Virus record (IMG/VR): IMGVR_UViG_3300041955_001937
Span: 8,727-72,726 of that record
Length of the DNA: 64,000 nucleotides
DNA from: a virus
Reading direction: 5' to 3' (one strand)
Shown: piece by piece, positions 10,303-19,263 of the stretch
Layout of the letters: each line of letters starts with the position of its first letter
Numbering within the stretch: the first letter of the stretch is position 1
The notes under the pieces: model-generated
Database searches by the model: none
Told to the model about the DNA's origin: nothing
Seen by the model: the letters and a program-made list of their open reading frames with translations, nothing else
Program-made: the position numbers and the translations under genes

Positions 10303-11625
10303 CTAGTTCTCATAGCCTTCCGTTTTCGTGTGATGGAATGTGATGGAATCGTTGAAAAGACTGCGGTCCAGGGCCTTAACAGCCGCTCTGACCGATTCCG
10401 GAATTGCTTGAATGTAGACCCCGGCCGTCATGTCGGGTGACGCGTGGCGCAGGTGCGCTTGCACGTCCTTCACGTCCCCGTACTGCTTCATGAGCGTCCC
10501 GCAGCTCCGGCGAAGGGTCTGATGAGTCACCCGTTTCTGGTGGTCGCGAAGGACGCCTGCAGCTCTCTGTTCGTCGCTGAGGGCCTCGAAGGCGCGGGCG
10601 GCGGCAGTCTTGATAATCCGCTTCAGAACGTTGTCCGGCCTCAGCGGCGTGTTTTTCCGCGACGGGAAAATCAGAGCCTCAGCGGGCGCGGCGGGCGCCA
10701 GGTCGAGCCACCACTTCAGCTCCTGGCCGATCGATTCCGGTATCCAAACGCAAGCGATCGAAGCGTCCGTCTTGGGCTCTTTGAACAAACCCTTCCACGC
10801 CGCCTCATCGATCCTGAGATAACCATTGGGCAGAACGTCGTTGCGCCGGAGCGCAAACATTTCTCCCGGCCGGAGACCCAGCACGATGAACATGCGAACC
10901 AGCAGGCGATCACGGCCGCTCAGTTGCCCCACTACGGCGGAAATCTCCTGTTCGGCAAGATACGACCGTTTCGGTTTACGCAGCTTTGGCGTCTTAAGAC
11001 GGGCCACCGGACTCTTCCGGACCAGGTCCTGCTCGGAGGCTTCGGCGAAGATCGCCCCCAGTTGAACGCGAGCCTTCTTGTACGTGCTCTCGCTGTAGCG
11101 CGTAGCCAAGTCCTTGAGGAAGATCTGAACCTCGAAGCGCGTGACGGCGGAAAGCTGCATTGCGCCGAACCGGGGGAGGACGTGTGCCTCAACGATGGAA
11201 CAGTTTGTGCTCTTCGTCGACGCCGCCCACTGATCTTCAACGACCGGAAGATAGCGGCTCGTCCAGAATTCCTGCACCGTCATGGCGCCGGACGCGGGCG
11301 GTGCCTGCCGGGCCACGGGGGCGATCGCGCGGCCGTACTGATCGAGGTTGGTCCGGATGAAGTCCCGGAGTTCCTGTTCCGCTTCCCATTTCTTTTTGTC
11401 GGCCTTCCAGCCGAGGGTCAGCGACTTGTGGACCGCTTTCTCGGTGCCGTCGGGCAGCGTGACGTACTCGTAGTAGAAACCCTTCCAGTACTTCCGTTTC
11501 GTGCCCAGCTCCCGAACATGGCCTTCCTGATGCCGCAATCTGGGCATGCGTTTACACCTCGCTTTGAGCCATGTTACTTGCTCGTGCGACAGTGGCTCGA
11601 ATTGCCGGGCTGTGACTTGGAGCAT
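10303..11625 (-). CDS. int: Prophage tyrosine integrase
   Basis: LGLRPGE, EPKT, HQTLRRS, HLRHAS...VY. Confidence 0.92.
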   Translation of the reverse strand: MLQVTARQFEPLSHEQVTWLKARCKRMPRLRHQEGHVRELGTKRKYWKGFYYEYVTLPDGTEKAVHKSLTLGWKADKKKWEAEQELRDFIRTNLDQYGRAIAPVARQAPPASGAMTVQEFWTSRYLPVVEDQWAASTKSTNCSIVEAHVLPRFGAMQLSAVTRFEVQIFLKDLATRYSESTYKKARVQLGAIFAEASEQDLVRKSPVARLKTPKLRKPKRSYLAEQEISAVVGQLSGRDRLLVRMFIVLGLRPGEMFALRRNDVLPNGYLRIDEAAWKGLFKEPKTDASIACVWIPESIGQELKWWLDLAPAAPAEALIFPSRKNTPLRPDNVLKRIIKTAAARAFEALSDEQRAAGVLRDHQKRVTHQTLRRSCGTLMKQYGDVKDVQAHLRHASPDMTAGVYIQAIPESVRAAVKALDRSLFNDSITFHHTKTEGYEN

Positions 11626-11889
11626 TCAGCGGGCTCTCCTGTCCTTCGCCACGGCTGTCAACTGGCGGCGGACGGCGCCGATCTGCTCCTCAATGAAAGC
11701 CTCGACATCGCGCGCGCGAAAGCGCCGGGAGGATCCGCACAGAAGCGAAGGAATAGCCGGCTGCTGCGGCGTCCGGCCGCTGTGCTTGTAGACCCACATC
11801 CGGGACATCTGAAGCCACTGTGCGACCTCGTCGACGGTCAGGAGACGTTCGCGAGGAGCCGGGTCCGCAATGTCAGGTGCCGGAAACAT
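11626..11889 (-). CDS. xis: Excisionase (HTH_17-like)
   Basis: LLTVDEVAQWLQMSRMWVY...RFRARDVEAFI. Confidence 0.8.
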   Translation of the reverse strand: MFPAPDIADPAPRERLLTVDEVAQWLQMSRMWVYKHSGRTPQQPAIPSLLCGSSRRFRARDVEAFIEEQIGAVRRQLTAVAKDRRAR

Positions 11890-12067
11890 GGGTTTCCTTC
11901 GCCGATTGTTCCAGCTCACGCTTCATGACACTGCGGATGAAGGCGCTCATCGTCTGTTCCCGCCTGGCCGCCTCAGCCTGCACCCGGGCGCGGAGTTCGT
12001 CGGGCCAACGCAAAGTTGTGTTGCGCGGATTGAGGTGATTTTGGGTAACATGGTGTGACTTTGCCAT
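11873..12067 (-). CDS. Ribbon-helix-helix (Arc/CopG-like) regulator in the Cro position
   Basis: TTLRWPDELRARVQAEAARREQTMSAFIRSVM. Confidence 0.75.
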   Translation of the reverse strand: MAKSHHVTQNHLNPRNTTLRWPDELRARVQAEAARREQTMSAFIRSVMKRELEQSAKETHVSGT

Positions 12068-12112
12068 GACTTCACGGCTATTATGCGCATAGGTATCAGC
12101 AAAGTCAAGTCA
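12056..12112 (-). promoter_or_regulatory. Switch region: leftward sigma70-type promoter with operator-like repeats
   Basis: Minus strand TTGACT(12108-12103)-17 bp-CATAAT(12085-12080); inverted repeat TGACTTTGC/GCAAAGTCA; central palindrome TATGCGCATA. Confidence 0.7.
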
Positions 12113-12118
12113 GATTAA

Positions 12119-12514
12119 ATGGAGAACCCGCCAGAGTATTCGTTGCGCCTCGGAAGGCTTGTGGCCGAACTGGGAATAAGTCAAGCCGAACTGTCAGCGC
12201 TGTCTTCGGTCGATCAGAGCACGGTCAGCTATTATCTTTCCGGTCGACGCGAGCCGGGCAAATTTGCGTGCATCGTATTTGCCGGTTTGTCGAAGTCCGC
12301 GGATGATCGGGCGTTTTGGCTTGCGCTGGCAGACATCTCGACGCGTCAGGGAGATCTCATTGAAGCCGCATTCGGGCGCAATGATCCGGAAAGCGAGAGG
12401 CGGCTTGTCTCAGTCCTGCTGCAATTCTGGTATCAGCCGGACGGACTCGTTTTGGAATCGCTTCGCGATTTATTGAAAAAGATGCTCTTTGGCGGACAAA
12501 AGCCTGGAATATGA
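12119..12514 (+). CDS. XRE-family HTH repressor (CI-like, no evident peptidase domain)
   Basis: LGISQAELSALSSVDQSTVSYYLSGRREP; divergent from RHH-xis-int. Confidence 0.8.
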   Translation: MENPPEYSLRLGRLVAELGISQAELSALSSVDQSTVSYYLSGRREPGKFACIVFAGLSKSADDRAFWLALADISTRQGDLIEAAFGRNDPESERRLVSVLLQFWYQPDGLVLESLRDLLKKMLFGGQKPGI

Positions 12515-12565
12515 CTTACGTTTGGTTGACAACGCACGGGTAAAACGGTCTAATTTAATTCCAGT

Positions 12566-12967
12566 ATGGGCTTGTTTCCCCGTCGGCGATCTCAACGTGA
12601 ACTGGAGCACCTGGCTCTACTCGAAAAGAACCTCCGGGAGGTGGCGGGAGTAATGTCGAAGTCCGACGCCGAGCCCGGCCCCCTGCGATTTTCCGAGGAC
12701 GCCCACGCTGAGTTGCAACGCGTTCCCAATCTCGTGGTTAAGGACGGAGATTCGCCCGACCAAGCTATTGAAACGTCGCCCGTCGAATCGGCGAAGAAGG
12801 CTGTTCGGGACGCTACGGATCAGTACGTGCGTGGCAACGACGGCGGGAACCTGTTCGTGCTTCTCCGTAAGATTGGGTGGGTCGCGTACCGGCTTTCAAT
12901 CGCTTGGATCGAAGCTGGCAGTCGGCGTGTACGCGTACTTCGCGCGTCATTCCGAAAGTCTGCGTAG
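12566..12967 (+). CDS. Hypothetical protein
   Basis: ORF after repressor, TTGACA at 12526; converges on and overlaps the 7-TM gene. Confidence 0.5.
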   Translation: MGLFPRRRSQRELEHLALLEKNLREVAGVMSKSDAEPGPLRFSEDAHAELQRVPNLVVKDGDSPDQAIETSPVESAKKAVRDATDQYVRGNDGGNLFVLLRKIGWVAYRLSIAWIEAGSRRVRVLRASFRKSA

Positions 12968-13732
12968 CGCCGCTTCGAATTCGGCCTGGCTTTTCTCGGC
13001 CCTGCGGTCGATCTCTGCCAATTCCAAGGGGGACGGCTGCGCGATCCCCGTAAATTCGTCACCCTTCCGGCTCAGCAACACGGTCCAGGCAATGAAGCAT
13101 CCGATCTCGGCTGCCGGGAGCGCCGTTTGTACGGGCCAACTCCTCAAGTAGGACATTCCGAGGTAGCCGACCGCTTCCGCGATAACGTACGCGCCGAAGA
13201 TTCGCGCGTGGATGATCGAATTGGGGCGCGCCGGCGCGGGCGCAATGGCAGCGATCAGGTTCACAAACAGCAACCCGGCCGCGATTGCGATCGCCTCAGC
13301 CCGACGTACGAAGAACATGCCCTGTAACCACGGCATGAGCCACCGGGGTCCGCCGCGGATATCGCTCCAGACCATCGCGGCGGCCATCGTCATTCCGATA
13401 ACGCCCGCTGCGATCGCGAGCTGGCGCCGGGCGCGTTTGGCACGTGGATAGCCTTCGCAAGAGAGCGCAATGACCTCCCATGCCGCCAAACAGATGGCAG
13501 TGATCGCGAACGGCTGCAGGACAAGCCACATGCGCCGATAAAGCACGCTGGATGTCGGCAATGAAATGCTGGCCACGGCAAACACTAAATCGATCACCAG
13601 CGTTGACGCCAGGAATGGAAATCGCCGCGCCAGTCCGCTCGCGAAGATCCTCGCGACTGCGGCGGCTTCGGCCAGAATCGACACGCCACGAAGAGCGTCT
13701 TTCAGGTCGATCCCCGTATGCCCAACGGACAT
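12947..13732 (-). CDS. Multi-pass (~7 TM) membrane protein, putative peptide receptor
   Basis: About seven hydrophobic segments, RRFPFL, WEV...YP, amphipathic C-terminal helix. Confidence 0.75.
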   Translation of the reverse strand: MSVGHTGIDLKDALRGVSILAEAAAVARIFASGLARRFPFLASTLVIDLVFAVASISLPTSSVLYRRMWLVLQPFAITAICLAAWEVIALSCEGYPRAKRARRQLAIAAGVIGMTMAAAMVWSDIRGGPRWLMPWLQGMFFVRRAEAIAIAAGLLFVNLIAAIAPAPARPNSIIHARIFGAYVIAEAVGYLGMSYLRSWPVQTALPAAEIGCFIAWTVLLSRKGDEFTGIAQPSPLELAEIDRRAEKSQAEFEAALRRLSE

Positions 13733-13768
13733 ACGGGGATTTTCTCACTAAAGCAATTGCTTGTGCAA

Positions 13769-13873
13769 TTACCTAACCCACGGGCAGACCGGGCAATCCG
13801 GGGGTGTACTGGCCACGCCGCTCAATGAGGCGAGACCCAGAAGCAGAGTGATGCTGATGATGAGCTTTTTCAT
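13769..13873 (-). CDS. 34-aa secreted prepeptide MKKLIISITLLLGLASLSGVA|STPPDCPVCPWVR (not in ORF track)
   Basis: RBS AGGAG 7 nt before ATG; Sec-type signal peptide; C-terminal CxxC peptide. Confidence 0.75.
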   Translation of the reverse strand: MKKLIISITLLLGLASLSGVASTPPDCPVCPWVR

Positions 13874-13924
13874 GTTCGTTCTCCTATGGCCCTTAAGAAA
13901 GGGCTCGAACGAACTTTACCGCCG

Positions 13925-14059
13925 GAAAGTCACAGACGCCAGTGACTTTCGTTCATCGCTGGCCACAGGATTTTACGGAAGAACGGGCACGGGCAACAAG
14001 GCGAATGGATGGCGAAAGGAGAATGGATGGCGAAAAAAGGTCATAGACGCCAGTGACTC
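13925..14059. promoter_or_regulatory. Operator-like repeats between the peptide gene and the sigma gene
   Basis: GTCAyAGACGCCAGTGACT twice (first in palindrome GAAAGTCAC-N8-GTGACTTTC); GAATGGATGGCGAAA at 14003 and 14021. Confidence 0.6.
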
Positions 14060-14184
14060 TTGGTTCGGTCACGGCGCTGGAGTTCGACCGATGATAGTCT
14101 ATTTCTCTCAAGTTCTCAATAAGTTTGAGAAGTTTAGTGCTTTTCAGCACGTCTATAGGAAATGCCCTTTCGTCATTCGTCAAA

Positions 14185-14685
14185 TTGATTCTTCAAACTG
14201 CCGACGCGGCCGTGATCGAGCACACGCCGATGGTACGGGCGATCGCGCTGAGAGTGCTCCGGCAACTTCCACCGTCGTTTGAGCTGGACGATCTGGTGCA
14301 GGAGGGAATGGTCGGGCTGCTTGAAGCCCTTGAACGGTTCGATCCGGGCGCCGGCATTCCGTTTGCGATCTATGCGGCCTGCAGGGTGCGCGGGGCGATG
14401 CTGGATTCGGTCCGTGGGAACTACATCGCGGCGACCCACGAAGAGCTGGACGAGGAAGTCGGGCAGGCGGATCCGATTCTGGAACGTATTGAGTGGAGGG
14501 AGCGCACCACCATGGTCGCGGCGGCCGTCAGGACGCTTCCGGAGCGGGACCGCAAGGTGATCGAATTCCGGTCCTCGGGGATGACGATGCGCCAAGTTGG
14601 AAGTGCGGTCGGAGTCGGGAAGACGCGCGCGATCCAGTTGTGCCAAAGAGCCATCGGGCGGGTGCAGGAAAAGATCGCGGCTTGA
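14185..14685 (+). CDS. FliA/WhiG-like sigma-70 family factor 1 (start uncertain)
   Basis: DDLVQEGMVGLLEALERFDP...FAIYA..RVRGAMLD (region 2); LPERDRKVI...TMRQVG (region 4). Confidence 0.85.
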   Translation: MILQTADAAVIEHTPMVRAIALRVLRQLPPSFELDDLVQEGMVGLLEALERFDPGAGIPFAIYAACRVRGAMLDSVRGNYIAATHEELDEEVGQADPILERIEWRERTTMVAAAVRTLPERDRKVIEFRSSGMTMRQVGSAVGVGKTRAIQLCQRAIGRVQEKIAA

Positions 14686-14760
14686 CGGGCGCGCAGAGAT
14701 AGGCGTTGATGAGAAATCATCTTTGCGCATCAATGCGCGTCTCGTCTATACTTGCCCTTT

Positions 14761-15276
14761 ATGCCAGCTACCGCAACAGAGATCCCCGATGCCACGATGA
14801 CGAAACGCGAGGCCTGCGAATTCCTCGGCAAGTCGGCGCGGTCGGTCGTCGATTACGTTAAGGCGGGCAGGCTGTCCGTTGAGTATGTCAGCGGTCGCAC
14901 CGGACGTCAGGCGGTCTTCCACCGCGCCGAGGTCGAACGGCTCAAGCGGGACATCGAAACTCCCCTGGTGCGCCAAGGCTTCGCGACGTTGGCTGCGAGG
15001 AACGATGAGACGGAAAATGGCGTCACAGATTCCCGATTAATTCGTGACGCTCCGTTGGCAGCGCGGAGCCTGGCGGAGATGTTCCGCGCGGCTCTGCCAC
15101 AGTCGCCCGCGCCGAAGCCGTGGCTCGACTTGAAGGGCGCCGTCGAGTATTCCGGCCTTCCCGCGTCGTACCTGCTCTCGCAGGCAAGGGCCGGCAAGCC
15201 GTGGGCGATCAACGTGGGGTCGGAAAAGCAGGCGCGCTGGCGATTCAATCGCGACGCGTTGGCTGCCACCGCATGA
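14761..15276 (+). CDS. Double HTH (excisionase-like) DNA-binding protein
   Basis: MTKREACEFLGKSARSV and WLDLKGAVEYSGLPASYL. Confidence 0.7.
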   Translation: MPATATEIPDATMTKREACEFLGKSARSVVDYVKAGRLSVEYVSGRTGRQAVFHRAEVERLKRDIETPLVRQGFATLAARNDETENGVTDSRLIRDAPLAARSLAEMFRAALPQSPAPKPWLDLKGAVEYSGLPASYLLSQARAGKPWAINVGSEKQARWRFNRDALAATA

Positions 15277-15376
15277 GCCCTAAATAAAGTTTGCGCAGAG
15301 CCTGGCAGATACATTCCGCGTGGCTCTGCGAGCGGCCCCCCTGTCCGATCCCTCCGATTTTTCGACTTGAGGGAGT

Positions 15377-15823
15377 ATGGGCAAACTGCTTTTACTCAAG
15401 ACGGCAACACCCGCGAATCGGTCCGCTCTCATCGATGAGGCGGGCGATATCAAGCTGAAGCTCGCCGCGTTCGCCGCTACCGGGGTGGAGCGCCGCGATA
15501 AGCAGCTCACCGAAGAATTCGCATCCTGGTATCCGGACAAGCCCGAAGAGGAGTTCATCGAAAAAGGTCAGCGGTACGAGCTGCGAATCTCGGCGCGGCG
15601 CAATGTCACCACGATCGATATTCGCGCGGCGTATAAAAAGCTGGGGCTGAGGAAATTTCTCTCGGCCTGCAGCCTGACGCTGAAAGCGCTGGCCGAGTTT
15701 CTTACCGAGCCGGAAGTGGACTGCCTTACCAGCACGGCGCGGACCGGGAGCAGGGCCTTTGTCACCACGCCGCTGGGCGTAGCGTCGCCAGCAGTGGGCG
15801 AGGATCGCCGGGACGCCGCGTGA
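15377..15823 (+). CDS. Hypothetical phage protein
   Basis: GGGAG RBS; stop overlaps next start. Confidence 0.7.
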   Translation: MGKLLLLKTATPANRSALIDEAGDIKLKLAAFAATGVERRDKQLTEEFASWYPDKPEEEFIEKGQRYELRISARRNVTTIDIRAAYKKLGLRKFLSACSLTLKALAEFLTEPEVDCLTSTARTGSRAFVTTPLGVASPAVGEDRRDAA

Positions 15824-16542
15824 GGAGTGCGATCCGGTGCTTGATTGACCAGGTACGCAGTTTTGGCCCGGTCGCTTCGCCAGTGCTCAAACAGGCGTCG
15901 CGTGATAGCTGCGGGAAATATAGGGCGATCCGGAAACAGCCTGCGCCGCAACCGGAGTCTGTGTGGGCCCGAGGCGTGTGCATCGCGTTGGCGAGTGAAC
16001 ATTGCACAAGATGCGGAGGCGACGGTATCCGGATTTTGACGCAGGCCATCATCACACGCGGGTTGCCGGGTCCCTGCGGATGCGTGCTCCGCAAGATTTT
16101 TCGCGTGTGTTTCACGAGGTACTGCTACATCCAGTCGAGTGCGCGGGTGAGCAACTCGAAGATGGAGCGGATCGACGCATTCCACGCCGGTCAGCGCGTG
16201 TCCCGATTTGTATTCGGGCGCAAAGAAGAGGAATTCGCGGCCGACTTTTGCGTGATAGCCAAGCGGGCGCTCGAACCGCGGGCGTGGCGGATCTTCCAAC
16301 TGCATTTCCTCGGCGGTCTCGAATGGCCGGCGTGTACACAGCGACTGGGCATGAATAAGGGAGAGTTCTTTACCGAGGTGTACCGGATTCAGCAGCGGTG
16401 CGGGCGTGCGTTCTATGAGACGCGGCCGTATGCGATCTATCCGATATACGAATACTTCGGCGGAACGACTTGCCGGGAAGACGGTGCCGCATCTGAGCCG
16501 AACGGAGCCGCCTCTGAGCCGGGGTTGAGGATGGCGGCATGA
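15820..16542 (+). CDS. Zn-finger plus sigma region-4-like HTH protein
   Basis: CTRCGG...PCGC; C-terminal IFQLHFLGGLEWPACTQRLGMNKGEFF. Confidence 0.6.
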   Translation: MRSAIRCLIDQVRSFGPVASPVLKQASRDSCGKYRAIRKQPAPQPESVWARGVCIALASEHCTRCGGDGIRILTQAIITRGLPGPCGCVLRKIFRVCFTRYCYIQSSARVSNSKMERIDAFHAGQRVSRFVFGRKEEEFAADFCVIAKRALEPRAWRIFQLHFLGGLEWPACTQRLGMNKGEFFTEVYRIQQRCGRAFYETRPYAIYPIYEYFGGTTCREDGAASEPNGAASEPGLRMAA

Positions 16543-17192
16543 AGGGCGATACCTCCTACGAGAAGGTACCGGCGGACGCAACGGATGAGCGGAACCTGAA
16601 GCTCGTCGTGGATATCGTGGACCGGATTCGGCGGAAGGTGCCGGCTGACGTGATTTCGCGCCGCGACTTGATCGGGACAGGAAATCTCGCGCTGCTGCGC
16701 GCGGTGGGTAAATTCGATCCGGAGAGACACAATGGAACCCCCTTCCAGGCGTTTGCGCGACAAAAGATAAGGGGAGCGATTCTGGACGCCGTGCGGGCTA
16801 TCTGGTGCGATGGCACCGGCCGCCATGGACTGCGGCCGAGGCTGGAGTCATTGGATGCCATCACGGATTCGATCGGGAGGCTACGACAAGGCCATACGTC
16901 GACAGCGGATCAAAGAGCGCTGGAGAGAGCGGGACATCCGCCCGGGGTCGAGAAGCGAATCGACCGGACGCGCCTCATTCGCCGTGTATCCGAGGCAATC
17001 GGCCGGCTGCCGGAAAATGAGCGGACGGTGCTGTCGCTGTGGCATGCCGACGATGAGCCACATCCTCGCGCGATCGCTCGTCTGATGGGTCTCAGCGTGG
17101 AAGCCGCGACGTCTTTGCACGATCGGGCAATCGAGAATTTGCAGGCGGATTTATTGCCGCATCTGAGCCGAACGGAGCCGAAAGCGGCATAG
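16539..17192 (+). CDS. FliA/WhiG-like sigma-70 family factor 2
   Basis: NLKLVVDIV...DLIGTGNLALLRAVGKFDP...IRGAILD; LPENERTVL...IARLMGLS. Confidence 0.85.
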   Translation: MKGDTSYEKVPADATDERNLKLVVDIVDRIRRKVPADVISRRDLIGTGNLALLRAVGKFDPERHNGTPFQAFARQKIRGAILDAVRAIWCDGTGRHGLRPRLESLDAITDSIGRLRQGHTSTADQRALERAGHPPGVEKRIDRTRLIRRVSEAIGRLPENERTVLSLWHADDEPHPRAIARLMGLSVEAATSLHDRAIENLQADLLPHLSRTEPKAA

Positions 17193-17216
17193 CGCCGACT
17201 AACAGAGCAGAGACGC

Positions 17217-17486
17217 ATGATTCCGTTCCTCACATCCCTGGTACCCGTCGCTGCCGTCTGCCTGACGCTCCTGATCTCGTGGCTCGTCCGGCGCGACAAG
17301 ACGGCCCGGCAGTCGGGCATCGAGTCGGCTCGGGCGCTCGAACTGGAGCGGCGCGTAGGATTGCTCGAGGCGAATACCGTGTCGCGGGTCATGTTCGACA
17401 GTCTGAAGGAAGGCATGACCGAAATGCGGCAGGATCTGCGAGAAATCCGCAACTTGCTGGATGCGGGCCGGATGCGGCCTGCCTGA
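17217..17486 (+). CDS. Single-TM coiled-coil protein (holin-like)
   Basis: N-terminal TM then coiled coil. Confidence 0.55.
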   Translation: MIPFLTSLVPVAAVCLTLLISWLVRRDKTARQSGIESARALELERRVGLLEANTVSRVMFDSLKEGMTEMRQDLREIRNLLDAGRMRPA

Positions 17487-17489
17487 CGC

Positions 17490-18047
17490 ATGGATGACCA
17501 CCTGCGCAGCACAAGGGTCTTGTCCGGGGATAAGAAGTCGCCCGACACGGCTATCGACCGGGCCAACTGGTATGCGATCCGCACGAGAAGCCGATGCGAG
17601 TGGAAGGTGAGCGAGCTGCTGCGACGCGCCGGCGTTGAGGAGTTCTTGCCGGCCTGGACGGAAAGCGTGCGCTGGAGCGATCGGGCAAAGAAGACGCTGA
17701 GGCCGCTGTTCCCCGGCTATGTCTTTGCCCGGTTCAGCCGATTCGCCGGCTGTTCCGGGATTCTGGCGCTTCCCGCAGTGGTCCAAATTTTGGGGACAGA
17801 CGAGCTGGCATCGATTTGCGACGACGAGATCGCGAATCTGCGGCGCGTTGCGGCGCTTCCGGTTTCGCCCTGTCCATATGTGGCAGCGGGCGAAATCGTC
17901 ACCATCACTTCCGGCCCGCTGATAGGCGTGTCCGGAGTGGTGGTCCGGAACAAGGGCGCTCTGCGGCTGATCGTTTCGGTGGAGATGCTGGGGCAGGCGT
18001 GCGCGGTGGAAATAGACGCGGTGGACGTGGAGACGTCGACCAAATGA
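17490..18047 (+). CDS. NusG/RfaH/UpxY-family transcription antiterminator
   Basis: WYAIRTRSRCE...PLFPGYVF (NGN), GEIVTITSGPLIGVSGVV (KOW). Confidence 0.88.
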   Translation: MDDHLRSTRVLSGDKKSPDTAIDRANWYAIRTRSRCEWKVSELLRRAGVEEFLPAWTESVRWSDRAKKTLRPLFPGYVFARFSRFAGCSGILALPAVVQILGTDELASICDDEIANLRRVAALPVSPCPYVAAGEIVTITSGPLIGVSGVVVRNKGALRLIVSVEMLGQACAVEIDAVDVETSTK

Positions 18048-18298
18048 ATGGACGCGCCAGACCTGAGCCGACTGGCGCGTCAGATCTGAGCCGACGCGAT
18101 CGGCATCGCGATTATATGCGGGGGAAGCGGGCCGAGGTACGGGCGGAGGCGCAGCGAGTGGGGGAAATGATGGACGCGATGAAGTCTTACAAACCGCAGT
18201 TCTGTTATCCGGGCGATATAGCGAGGCTGTTCGCCGAGGCGTCACGGGTGCCGGCGCAATCGGTGCGCCCCGACCGGTATCTGGGGCAGGACGATTAA
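18044..18298 (+). CDS. Hypothetical protein
   Basis: ATGA overlap with upstream gene; abuts downstream ATG. Confidence 0.55.
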   Translation: MNGRARPEPTGASDLSRRDRHRDYMRGKRAEVRAEAQRVGEMMDAMKSYKPQFCYPGDIARLFAEASRVPAQSVRPDRYLGQDD

Positions 18299-19021
18299 AT
18301 GAAACTCGACCTTCATCCGACTCACCGAAAACTCGACCTGCATCACCGGATTTACATCGTCCTGCTGACATGTCTGCTGGGGCTCGGCTGCGTGGCGGGC
18401 TGGTATTTCGTGGCCAACGAGCGCGAGGCGATCCTGACCCAGCAGGAGGCGCGGAAGGATTTGCGCACGCTGGTGGACCCGAAAACCGGGCTGCAGACGG
18501 CGGTGCTGGCGCGTGTCGACACTGCAACCGGAGTGATCGACAGGCAGCTTACGAACGCACTGGGCAAGGCGGACGGGCAGCTTACGAATGCGCTGGGCAA
18601 GGCCGACAAACAAATCACCGCGGGCTTGGCAGAAGTTCATCTGCTGAATCTGAACGCGGACAAGCGGTCGGGCGAGCTGCTGAAGATCGCCGCCGGCGTC
18701 AGAGGGGATCTGAAACCGTCTCTCGACAACACGGCGGCGCTGGTGAAGGACGCGCAGGATTCCCTGGACGATTCGTATTTCGACATCAAGGCGACCATCG
18801 AATCCGCAACCGTCACGACTCACAGCATAGCTCTGGCGTCTGAGGCAATCGCGAACGCCGCACCCAGCGTCTCCGCCTCGGTTGTGGGGATCGGCAAGAG
18901 TGCGGATGGGATCACGGCGGACGTTCACACCGCTACTGCCGAGTTCGTCAAGCCGAAGACTGTACTGCAACAGATTCAATCCTGGCTCCTGACCATTGCA
19001 CGGATCTACGGCGCGATATGA
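18299..19021 (+). CDS. Single-TM long helical protein (possibly spanin-like)
   Basis: One N-terminal TM, helical repeat QLTNALGKAD twice; in lysis cluster. Confidence 0.6.
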   Translation: MKLDLHPTHRKLDLHHRIYIVLLTCLLGLGCVAGWYFVANEREAILTQQEARKDLRTLVDPKTGLQTAVLARVDTATGVIDRQLTNALGKADGQLTNALGKADKQITAGLAEVHLLNLNADKRSGELLKIAAGVRGDLKPSLDNTAALVKDAQDSLDDSYFDIKATIESATVTTHSIALASEAIANAAPSVSASVVGIGKSADGITADVHTATAEFVKPKTVLQQIQSWLLTIARIYGAI

Positions 19022-19263
19022 AAGACCACATCCCCACACTTGCGTTAGTCGCATCGCTGGCAATGATTCTTATCGCGCTGGTGGTGCTCTCGCTGAATGC
19101 GAAGAGCGGTGGAGCTACCCCGGTGCTGATCGGGCTGGTCGGGGCAGTGGGAACGGTGACGGGGATACTCGGCGGGTTCTCGCAACACAACAAGACGGCG
19201 ACGGCGTCGCAAAAAACGACGGAAACGGCAATAGAAACCCAATCAAAGGAAAACACAACATGA
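19018..19263 (+). CDS. Two-TM holin-like protein
   Basis: Two hydrophobic helices, polar tail. Confidence 0.6.
   Translation: MKDHIPTLALVASLAMILIALVVLSLNAKSGGATPVLIGLVGAVGTVTGILGGFSQHNKTATASQKTTETAIETQSKENTT

Noticed and set aside
10444..11928. Long antisense ORFs (this one; also 17199-18527, 30069-31454, 34319-35797)
   Set aside because: Shadow frames of well-supported genes in GC-rich DNA, no recognisable motifs
13761..14282. 173-aa + strand ORF
   Set aside because: Overlaps the better-supported minus-strand peptide gene and the regulatory repeats; no motif
18300..18612. Short tandem repeats (KLDLH twice; QLTNALGKAD twice)
   Set aside because: In-frame coding repeats in a helical protein, no sign of separate function
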